From Catajapyx aquilonaris (taxonomy: Eukaryota), in assembly GCA_000934665.2 (NCBI GenBank), contig KZ538579.1:1-60563 (forward strand): DNA of 60,563 nucleotides, in the 5' to 3' direction. The translations under genes were made by a program, and so were the position numbers. The notes under the pieces are model-generated. The model saw nothing but the letters and a program-made list of their open reading frames with translations. It had not been told where the DNA came from and made no database searches. Below, piece after piece: positions 26,901 to 38,900 of the stretch. Numbering within the stretch: position 1 is the stretch's first letter; each line of letters begins with the position of its first letter.

Positions 26901-29900
26901 CCGTTAGTTGCACCTTAGGCGATTGAACTTGATTGTCGCTTAGGCCTACGAACATTATTGTGGCTTTCCCAATATCCAAGCTCTGGTGTCTCATTAAGCC
27001 ACAGTAATTTTCATTGCGGGCCCATGTCAAAGAACGTTATTGTGGCTTGGTCAGTCATGGCAAATCAACGATAACGTTCTTCGCAGCACAGGCCTACGAA
27101 CCTTTGCCATTGCTTTGCCATTGACACCGCCAACTGGCAAAGCCACAATAATGTTCGTTGGGTCGCAGGCCAACGAATGTTATAGTGGCTTCCCATGTAA
27201 ACAGTGTTGTAAACGACTTGAAATGTTTCCAGATCCGTGCGAGACTGCCCTCTGCGGGAAGGGCTCGTGCAGAGCGGACAACCACGTGTCGGTGTGTGTC
27301 TGCTTCCCTGGATTCCAGGCGGACAGCACCGGGAAATGCATCGACATTGACGAGTGCACGCAGCGGCCATGCCATCCGTCCGCAATGTAAGGAGCGTCCT
27401 TTCCTTGTTAATGAGCGTACGCTGATTGCACTAACATTTGCAGCTGTCACAACGGACCTGGAAGCTTCACCTGTGCCTGTCCGGACGGACAGGTTGGTGA
27501 CCCTCTCCTGTCCGGTTGCAAGCGGCCTGGTGAGTGTGTGTCCGATGCCGACTGTCCTGATGCGGCCACGTGCCAGAATGACCATTGCCGCAACCCATGC
27601 GACACCCCCGGGATATGCGGGATCGGTGCCGAGTGTGCGGCCAAGGACCACCTGGCCCACTGCAAGTGTCCGTCCAGGACTGTTGGCGACCCGGGCGTAC
27701 AGTGCACCGCTCTGGAGTGCCTGGACAGCTCAGACTGTTTCCTGACGTCCCATACATGCGTGGAGCACCGTTGCGTGGACGCATGCACACTGTCCAACGT
27801 GTGCGGTCGTAACGCCGTCTGCCGTGCGGAGAACCACCGGCCCATCTGCACCTGCATGCCTGGCTTCACTGGAGATCCAGCCTTGGGATGCTCGTCTCTG
27901 CTCTTCTGCGTTGCGGACCACGACTGTCCCACTGGAACCAAATGCACCGCCCGTGTGTGCACAGGTACGTCCCGCTTCGGAGTTGGTCGGACACGGTTTA
28001 ACCTCATTTTTCCGCAGCTGTTTGCAGCAGTAGCCGTGACTGCCTGGTCGGTCAGCTGTGTCTCGCCGGAGTTTGCCGACCCACCTGCCACACCCAAACG
28101 GACTGCGTACTGTACCAGCTCTGCCAGGACGGATTGTGCGCGGAAGAACAGAGATGCCGGACGGACAATGACTGCCAGGGACCAGAGCAGTGCAGGCCAG
28201 ACGCACAAGGAAAGGTAATTTCGTTGTCCAAATGCATGGGCTAGAAACTAACCAGTTGCACTTGTGTCCAGCTTGACTGCCAACATGTGTGTGACGGTAC
28301 CGCCGCATGTGGCCGTAACGCCCAGTGTGTGGCTCAGCTTCACCGAGCCGAGTGCCGCTGTCCGGACGGCTACTATGGCGATCCGTCCGATGAGAAGAAA
28401 GGATGCGAACGAATCGAGTGCCAAACGGACGCTGAGTGTGCGCAAGACCATCTCTGCCGCGACTACCGCTGCGTTATCGCCTGCCTGGAGAAGGATCCAT
28501 GCGGACAGAACGCGTTGTGTGCATCGGAGAACCACCGACAAGTGTGCTACTGCCAGCCTGGTTTCACAGGTACTGACGCATCATCTCATGAGTATTCTGT
28601 GTGTTACAAACCGTTTGTCGCACGTAGGTGATCCGGTGTCCGGCTGCCAACCGGTCGACTACTGCCAGTCCCACCCGTGTGGCCCGGGCGCCATTTGCCT
28701 GAACAACCGTGGGTCTGCCAAATGCCTCTGTCCACTCGGCACCGTTGGCGACCCGTACGGATTGGGATGCGGACCTGCACACGAATGTGAGACGGATCAG
28801 AACTGTCCGGATACCGCCGCATGCATACCGAACCCGGATAGGCGCACCTGCGTGAACGTGTGTTCACAAGGAGGGTGCGGCCACAATGCCGTCTGCCAGG
28901 CCAACCTGCACCGAGCGACCTGCGTGTGTGCCCCAGGCTTCTCAGGCGACCCCATCCGAGGCTGCACGCCTGAGCCGCATCCGTGCCGCCAGCACAGCGA
29001 CTGCCCAGCGGACAACTACTGCAACCGTGGCACCTGCAGATCCCCGTGTTCCAACGATGCCGAGTGTGAAGCGGCCGAAGCGTGTGTCCGAGGCCAGTGT
29101 GCCGACCCATGCGCTACGACCAGTGCATGCGGACTTAACGCCAAATGCCACGTCGAGGGGCATGCCAAGGTGTGCACCTGTCTGTCCGGATTCATGGGCG
29201 ACCCTCACGCCGAATGTGTCCGAACACCTCTCCCATGTTCGCCGGACATTCCCTGCACCGGACCTGCTTCGGTATGCAACCACGGGGTATGCCTGCCGCC
29301 CTGTGGTGCCGACACAGACTGCGCGCTGAACGAGAAGTGTCTTAACGGAATCTGCATGTGTACGTATCTATCGGGGAACTGCTTGTCGCCCATAGCTGGC
29401 GTCTTCTTAAATTGGCATAGCCACAATAACGTTCGTTGTGATTGCATAGCCACATTAACATTCGTTGTGATCGCTTAGCCACAATAACGTTTGTTGTGAT
29501 CGCATAGCCGCAATAATGTTCGTTGTGATTGCATAGCCACAATAATGTTCGCTGTGATTGCGTAGCCACAATAACATTCGTTGTGATCGCATAGCCACAG
29601 TAACGTTCGTTGTGGCACAGCCAACGAACGTTATTGTGGCTTAGGACAATGAATGTTATTGTGGCTTTGCCAGTTGCCCCAATTGCCACGTTAACGTTCT
29701 TGGCCTGCACGTGCACCACAGCGAACGTTATTGTGGCTCTGCAATCACAACGAACGTTATTGTGGCCTTCCATGTAAATGATTGTATGACGCAATGTTTG
29801 CCGTCTTCCAGTGACATGCCGACAGGACAACGACTGCTTCTGGGGGCAGATCTGCCTCAGGAACATGTGCCTCCTCGGGTGCCGCCAGCCGTCCGACTGC

Positions 29901-32900
29901 TCCCCTGGCGAGACCTGCCACGAGGAGAGGTGCGTCGACCCCTGCTCCAACCTGGGGTCGTGCGGACCCAACGCCGTCTGTGCTGTTGTGGCCCATCGTG
30001 CCCATTGCTCGTGTCCTACTGGCCTCATTCCCAATCCGACGCCACAAGTTGGGTGCGTGCGACAGCCGTTCCCGTGCACCGCAAGCCGGACATGCCCCGA
30101 CGGCACCTCCGTGTGTGAGTCTGGGCTGTGCCGTCCGCTCTGCTCATCCGACTCGGCTTGTTTGAGCTCGGAGCGATGCCACCAGCAGGTGTGTAAGCCG
30201 CTCTGCCGACGGGACAGCGATTGTCCCAGAGGTGAACTGTGCAACGGACTGGTCTGCGCGCCTGGTTGCCGAGCGGACGCAGATTGCAATCAGGACAGAT
30301 CCTGCATACAGGGACAGTGTGTCGGTAAGTGTTGCGCTTGCTCAATCATGTACAGCCATTAATAATTATTGGCTGCTGCAGATCCATGCGACTCGCCTGT
30401 TGTGTGCGGAACCAACGCCCGATGCAGTGTTTCGCAGCATCGTGTCCGATGCGAGTGTCCGAACCCGCTCGTGGGCGACCCACACAGCACCTGCAGACAT
30501 CCGCCTACGCCATGCCTCCCAGGCGACTCATGCCAGCCTGAACAGCAATGCTTCGAGGGAATGTGCCGATTGCGGTGCAACAGGTACGTACTCACATTCC
30601 TTGGGTGTAAACCGATGCTGACAATTCATTGAAACAGCGACGGCGACTGCCTTGGCGACGAGACCTGCGTCGGTGGCATGTGCCGACCGCTGTGCAGCAG
30701 CGACTCTAATTGCGACAACGGCCACATTTGCCATGAGCGTGTGTGCGTCTTGGGATGCCGGACGGACACCGCCTGCCCGTCCCGTCAAGCTTGCATTAAC
30801 CAGCAATGCAGGGATCCATGCGACGGTGCCACTGCATGCGGCTCATGCGCGAGATGCGAGGTGCTCAACCACGCCGTGCAGTGCAGCTGTCCGTCGGACA
30901 CCGTCGGAAACCCACTGGTCGCATGCATCAGACCGTCGTCGCAATGCAGCGGACACTGCCAGCCGCCAGCCGCCTGCGAGGACGGCTTCTGCTTAACCCC
31001 CTGCCGCTCCACGCCGGACTGCACCTGCGGAGAAGTCTGCGACGCTGGGAAGTGCCGATCGCAGTGCAGCTCCGACACCGACTGCACTCAAGGTCAGGTG
31101 TGCCACTCCGGGTTTTGCCGAGCCGGTTGTCGCGTCAATGGCGACTGCGCCGGTGAGCTGTCGTGCGTCTCTGGGCAGTGCGTGGACCCATGCCGATCCA
31201 GCCCGTGCGGCAAGAACGCCATATGTCGCGTATCGCAGCACCGTCCAATCTGCCTCTGCCCGGACGGATATCAGGTAGGTGCCACTTGTCTAATCTATTG
31301 ATCATGGCATTAACGTCGCACGTTGTTACCAGGGCGACCCGACCCGCGAGTGCCAACAGTACGAGTGCCTGCGTGACGAAGACTGCGAGTTGACCCGCCG
31401 TTGCGTCGACCAACACTGCCGCAATCCCTGCCTGGACTCGGACCCATGCGGAATCAACAGCCGTTGCCGCGTCGTCAACCGACGAGCCGACTGCAGCTGT
31501 CCGCCCGGGTACTTCGGCAACCCGCACGTGGAATGCAAGCCCGATCTGGATGACTGCGCGGGCAACCCGTGCGGGTCGAACGCCCAGTGCGTGGATCTGG
31601 TCGGGGAGTTCAGATGCAACTGCCAGCCCGGATGCACCGGCGATCCGCTCCGAGGCTGCACATGCGCCGATCCCTGCAGCAACAAGCGATGTGGGTCCGG
31701 CGCATTGTGTCGGATAACGGCGAAGCAGACGGCTGAGTGTTACTGTCCGCCGCATTTGGTCGGCGATCCGAACACCGGCTGTAAGTAAGCTGTTGACGGA
31801 TATGTTTACAATTGTATAACGCATTGTTCCGCAGGCAATATCGACAAGAGCGTGGACTGCCGGACGCAAGGGTGCGGACAGGGAGCGTCGTGCGTCCGGG
31901 AGGGCCAGCTGTTCGTGTGCCAGTGTCCGCCAGGCACCAGTGGTAACCCCGAGGTATCCTGCACATCAGGTCAGTAGTTGACAGGCACCGTGTCCGCCTT
32001 CTTGTGTACATACCCTCCCCCCTGTATAGTCCCAAACGTTTCTATCGTCTCTTCCGCACTTCCTACTGGGGGGTTCAGAGGTCGAATGCACAAGGGACTT
32101 TGAGTGCCCGAAAGACCAGGCCTGTGTGCACCAGAGATGTGTGGACCCATGCAGACTCCGTGATGCTTGCGGGGTGAACGCATTGTGCAGGGTCATCCTG
32201 CACCGTCCCCGTTGCTCCTGTCCGCACTGCCATGTCGGCAACCCCAACACCCTTTGCAGGCACGACCCCGGTTGCTACCTCCCACCCGATCCGACCCCCG
32301 ACCCGCCAGGTCACTGCACGTCGCACCGGGATTGCCCGCAGCATCTCGCATGCGATAGACGACAAGCCGCCTGCGTGGATCCGTGCGCTAATAGGCACTG
32401 CGGTGTGGCTAAGCGATGCGACGTTCGAGCGCATCGGCCCTTGTGCGTGTGCGCACTTGGCTTTCGGCTTAACGAGTACGGCGTCCTCGAGTGCACGGCG
32501 GCCCAACCCGGGTGCCTGCACGACCAGGACTGTCCGTCCAACTTGGCGTGCACCGCCGGTTCATGCCAAAGCCCGTGCCACGCCCACAAGTGCGCGTCGG
32601 ATAAGACGTGCCAGGTGGTGGACCACAAGGCGGCTTGCGTCTGCGAGCGAGACTGCGAGCCATCCGTTTCGCTGTGCATAAGCGACCCCGGCTGCCCTCC
32701 CGACCTCTCCTGCATCAACCACGTCTGCCAGAACCCATGCCTGTACAGCTCCTGTCCCGACAACACCCCTTGCTACGTTGAGGACCACCAGGCAACCTGC
32801 CGCTTCTGCCCTCCGGACTTTGTCGTTGACCCCAACTATGGTTGCATCAAAGGTAAAAAAATTAATGAACCGGACGCTAACCAGGCGGAGGCAACATTAA

Positions 32901-35900
32901 TAATTTTTTTAAGGCGAACTAAAGAAAAGCTCATTAGCCCCCAATATTTTAATTAACTAATTGCTGAGCTAACGGAGTAATTATTAAGTGTTAAGCCACA
33001 CGAGCGAGAAGGCAATCGACGCAATCGGACCCGTCTTCTTTCACTGTATCGCTACTTACTAAAAATTGTCAACTTCAACTCTAATCTATCGCCTGACATT
33101 CGATCATTGCGATTGCGATGGGATTGTCAGGCTCATACGCATCATACGCAAACATGACTTTTCTATCCTGTCTTCTGCCTTCTTGTTTCTGGCCTGTCCG
33201 CTTAGCGCAACATATCATGACTTAATGTCCTTTCCACAGCCACCGCAAGATGCACACGGGATGCAGACTGCCCATCCAACCAGGCCTGCCTTGAACGCAC
33301 ATGTCAGAGCCCCTGTAGCGGGACATGTCCTGTTAAAACTCAGTGTCGGGTAGAGACGCACAGGCCCGTCTGCTATTGCAAGTCAACCAAAGACGGCGCA
33401 TGTCGAGCCAAGTTAGACGCAATGCACGCTAAACGCAACACGAAAGACGAACGCAACACGAAATTTATCCAGGGTACGACGGAGCCGGACGAAATGAACA
33501 TGGTGCGGAAAAAGCGGTTCGCGCCGCAAATTCCATCGCCAGCCGGAATCGAGGAGACGACAAAGTGGCCCAGTATGTACCAGGAAGATAGTACTGAGTT
33601 GTCCAAGTCTATTGAGACCTTGTACGCTTTGTTAGTCGAAGCGGTGATTACTCGAATGCGGTTTCCGACGACGGAGCCGCCTGCTCATACGTCGCCTGTT
33701 CAAGTAGCGATGGTGTCGGAAGCGACACGTGATGAGTTCACGACGAAGGGGCCGGTCGGTCCGGATCTGTCCGCAAATGGGATTACTGATAAGGACATTG
33801 TCACTGAATCATCGTTGGAGCAAAACAGAACGATGCCGGAAGAAGGCAACAGCATCGGTGGTGCCAGAGCGACAAGAATGCAGCATCCGTCGACCCATGG
33901 AAATGAATCAGACGATGCGACTACAACAGCGGCTATTACAGAAACGACCACCATGCTGGACATTACGACGTCAGTGTCAAGCGATGATGTTCCGGTTGCG
34001 ATGACCACCGAATCTGAACTACCGACAACCACAATGCCCGAGGAAGCCACGACATACGTACAGGACTCGCATGAAATTGTAACGACAGACATGCCCAAAG
34101 GTCAGCTCCGACAAACCAGAATGCAGCAGAACGTGCCCGAGTCGGCAACTGCGACCGAAGCGACCGACGTAACGACTGACATGCCGGACGAAACGACAAC
34201 AAATCTTCCGCCAGTCAGATCCGCAAGAATGGAACAGCCGCGGGAGGCCAAGAAGCTGATTGAACTCGTCGAAGGATTCGAACAAGTCGGTAAGACCCAC
34301 AGCGACTCCAACTGTACCAGCGACACTCTGAATGTGACCGACAGCGACAACAGCGGAGTTGCAAAAGGCGCGATAGTCGTCTCTAAGAATCCGGCCAGAT
34401 CCGCACGAGCTCACTCGGATGAGGATGTGACGACTGAGCTGCCTGAGGTGACGACTGCGGACATACCGACATCAAGCGAGATGACACTGGTCGAGTTGTT
34501 TTCGCTACTGTTTGACCTGGATGCGGAGGATCTTGCGAAACGAATGCAGAGCTTAAGAGCGTCTCAGGAAGATGAGGCGACAACGTCCGCTGATTTCACG
34601 ACGACGGATGTGCCGACGACCGAGATGGTTCCGACCACAACGGATGAGTCGACAATCCGGCCGCCAGTGGTCGTCCCCATAACGACCCTGTTGAGTACAA
34701 CACCATCCGTACCGACAAGCCTGAGCCTGCAGACTATAGCTAACATTCTAACCGCACTGACCGGTTTCACTGCGGGCGCTCGAGGTGCGGCTCCCACCAT
34801 TCAGATTGAAACGTCGACGACGCCGATGACCGAAGCGACCACATTTGAACCAGACGCAGCAACCGATGTTGTGGCGAATGAAGTCGATACGCTGTCTAGA
34901 TTTCAACGAGAGGACACGCAAGCATCGGACATGGCATCCACGACCATGTCCATCGAAGAAGAGACGCCGACCAACCCAATTCTGCCGTACCCATACAGCG
35001 TCGCTAATATTGACGGAATGACGACCGAGTCCGCGACGGAATTCGGAACGACCGATGTGGACATCACGACTGAAGTTACGACGTTGCCGACTAGCGACAA
35101 CACCGTCGAAACGGAGCGGTTTAACGCCAGTGACATCCTGCAGGGGATACGTATGACCCCACCGCCAATCGTGGTTCGTGTGTACCGCGGCGACTTCCAT
35201 ACGACCACGCCCGCACCGGGGACATGCACCAACAACGCTCATTGCCCTGTTAGCAAGTGCTGCATTGCGTCTTCTTGTGGCGACCCATGCGCCGTGTACC
35301 GTCCGTGCAACACGACATGCTTAGTCGAGCACCACAGGCCTGTGTGTCTCTGTCCAAGCGGGTCTCCACCCACGTGTAGGGTTCGACCAGGTAAAAAAAC
35401 ACAGCACAAAATATTGCACGCGGTCGCTTTGTTGGCGCGTGAACATGTGGGCGCTGAAACTTTGTCCGTCGGAAGCTTATGATATGCAGCAGCGTACTGG
35501 TGGCCGTACCCCCCCCTCCACACAGAACACACGTTTCATCCGCAGGGTTGGACGTAGTTGGGCATGTCGCTGTGGCTTCATGCTGTAGTGTCGCATTGTC
35601 TGTTTGTGCTTCTCGCTTTTTATTCCCCCTCCTTTTTTCCGCAACCTAACAATTCAAACCCGAATGTTTTTTTTTGTTTTCAGCTCCAACGATGTGTTTG
35701 TCCGCTAAATGTGTAGATCAGTCACTCATCATGGGTTGTATGCTGGTCGGTAACTGGCTAACAAGTAACCTAAGTAACAATATAGTGTCTCGCAATACAT
35801 GTCACCAAACTGTTCACACACGCAAGCGATTCAACCAAATTTGTTCGCTTCAATAATTGTTACTTTTAGCCCCAAATCGCTGAGCGAATCGTTCACCATC

Positions 35901-38900
35901 TAAATGCGGCAACAATTGGTTTAAAATGCCGAGCGAATTGTTAACATGCGCATGCCGCAACAATTCGCTGAGCGAATTGTTCACATTCAAATACGGCAAC
36001 AATTGTTCGCTGAGCGAATTGTTAACATGCATATGCCGCAACAATTCGCTGAGCGAATCGTTCGCTTTCAAATGCGGCAACAATTGACCGCTGGGCTAAT
36101 TGTTCACATGCAAATGGGCAACAATTGGTTTAAATGCTGAGCGTATTATTTACATGTAAATGGCGCAACAATTGTTCGCCGAGCGAACTGTTCGCATACG
36201 AATGCGGCAACAATTGATCGCCGAGCGTATCGTTCGCATGCAAATGGGCAACAATTGGTCGCTGAGCGAACATGTAAATGCGGCAAAAATTGGTTGCTGA
36301 GCGAATCGTTCAAATTCAAATGCGGCCTTAAGCCAATAGCGATATTGCGTGTGATATGTTGGTGATACGTATGATGCAGAAACATGTACAGTATCGAGCA
36401 ACTGTGGTTTCGGAGAGCGAGTAATTGCGGCCCGGAATGATATTCATCAGATCCGCCGACGACCCCCAACTTGTTCTAATGTTCTGGTTCCTTCCCAAAC
36501 AGTGATCGGTTGCAAGGACAATTCCGACTGCCCCTCGGAGGAAGCCTGCATCAACAAGCAGTGCCAGAACCCGTGCCTGGTGGCCAGCCCGTGCGGGTCG
36601 CAGCACGTCTGCAAGGTGGAGCTGCACCAGGTGACGTGCATGCAGGTGTGCGAGTGCAGGAATTCCCACGAGTGCAGGCCTGGAACCGTGTGCGACGGAT
36701 GCCACTGCCACCCTGTCGACGGTAAGTACGCCCGCTCGGCACGCCCGACAATCTGATTGTTAACGCTGCGAACTTCCCGACTACAGAGACGACCGTGTAC
36801 CCGACGGAACGAGGCTGCGGCGTCTGCCCGCACAACCACGTTTGTAACGAAGTAACAAGCCAGTGCGTGCCAGGTAAGTCCCGCTTAACGTGTCCGAGGC
36901 AATGGGTTTGTGTGTGTTGCTGTTTTGCGCCTTCCTCCCCGAACTACCAACAAAAAATATGACATGTCCCCGCTACCTGACATCCTGAGAATGAACCGGA
37001 GCTAACAAGCGGCCACTAACCAGCGGGGGAAATCGAGAGACGTCCGCAACAGACTACGAGACCTCCTCGCCAACTTACGCTGCTTCCAAAAAAAGAATAA
37101 CAGCCTGTCGCTGTACAACCGTTGCTTGGGCTGTACTTTCCCCAACTCTTTTTTGTCCGATGTACGATGCTGGACGTGCCCCTAAATGTTTATTTGGTTG
37201 CCATGTAAACGCTTAGGGGCATGTCCAGCACTGTCCGCTTTAACGTCTTACATGTGAGCGATTCGCTCACATGTAAGCGCCGAGCCGCTATCGACTACCT
37301 CTTCTTACTCATATTTCATTTCCTCTGACATTTTTTTCTGCTGCGATGTCAGCAGTACATGCTGGTGGCCGTCAAATAACATGGTTCTGGTCCTTCCGAG
37401 GTATTGGGTCGAATGTATATAGTTTTAGCTCTAATTGTTGTGGAGTATTGTTACTAGTTGTTATTTGGTGATTGTAAACAGTAACAGTAACGTTGTAATA
37501 ACGAGGCAACTACTCGTGAGGATCCACACACACGCATGCGGATATGTACAGCAAACACCTCTCAATCCACAGCGGACACGAGCGAAGGAGATACCACGGG
37601 TCCGCACACCACCACAGACACTTCCGATCAGACGGACAAACCTTCGCCTAGAACCGATCTTAACATTTCAACAACTGACGTGCCTAGCTCTTATCGGACA
37701 CCACAGTACGACGACACGAGTACACAGACGATACCTTCAGACGACCGACACACTTCTTCCGTCTCATCTCACACTCCGCCGTATGACGAACATACCGTAA
37801 CGTCTTCTTCTCACACTCCGCCTTACACTGAACTCGACTTCAACTGTACGCTCTCCTTCGAGGACACGTCTTTGCCGCCAGACGCTTTCAAATCCTGCTC
37901 GCAAAACGCGGACTGTCCGGCGAGCCTTGTTTGCCGCGGCGGATCTTGCTTTGACCCTTGCACTTCCGACAGTAACCCATGCGGCCGTAACGCCCTGTGC
38001 CGAGTCGCGCACCACACCACACAATGTATCTGCCCTGAAGGGTACACAGGATCGCCTACCGAGCAGTGCCGAGAAGGTAGCTAACCTTGTTGGGGATGAC
38101 TGGTGCTGACCTTTTTTTCTAACTATTGCATGCAACAATTGGTGTACATACATTTTGTGTACGAAACGGTGCACTTGTTTAGCATTCCGCAGAGATTTCC
38201 ACTTGAGTAGACTTTTCACCGAGGCAAATTCATTTCCCTTTTTTTGGTCTGCCTTCTACTCTGCTGCTTGCTCATTTTTTGCGGGGGGTTTCTGGCACCT
38301 TGTTTTGTTAGCGGCACTTTTCTCTTGGCGGCGGTGTAGTAGCGTGCCACAGTGACGAGGAGTGTGCGTACGAGCAGCAGTGCCTCAGAGGGTCGTGCGT
38401 GCTGCCTTGTACGGAGCGGAACCCGTGCGGGGTCAACGCCGCTTGCTACAACAGGCACCACTCGGCCCACTGCGAGTGTCTGTACAACTACAACGGGAAC
38501 CCGCTGTTGGAGTGCAGACCAGGTACGGTCTAATCGCATCTGTACTGACGCATATGCTAACATGCCGATTTCGCAGGTGTGACGCCGCAGCCCGTTTGCC
38601 ACTACAACGAGGACTGTCCCGACGGATTGTTCTGCGACCGGCTGAACCGCGTGTGCATCAACGTTTGCTTCGAGGACTCATGCGGACTGAACGCCATCTG
38701 CACGCCATCGCAACACCAGGCGCACTGCCAGTGCTTGGACGGACATACCGGAAACGCATTCGTCGAGTGCCACCGAGGTACGCTCACACGTCGAATGACG
38801 TTCGCATGGCGTTAATTCGTTTAAATCGACAGCCGTGGGTTGCCGAGGGAACAACGAGTGTCCCCCAGACAAGGCCTGCATCAACGGGCATTGCAGCGAC

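Noticed and set aside
29420..29620. CRISPR-like ~29-bp semi-palindromic repeats (also 35870-36330 and 10460-10990)
   Set aside because: Head-to-tail units with no unique spacers, no cas genes, and a eukaryotic intron context.
33422..35482. Stand-alone 686-aa mucin gene
   Set aside because: The frame is open from an acceptor at 33239, it has phase-compatible splice sites and flanking DPY/EGF modules, and it lacks a signal peptide. Better explained as a dumpy exon.
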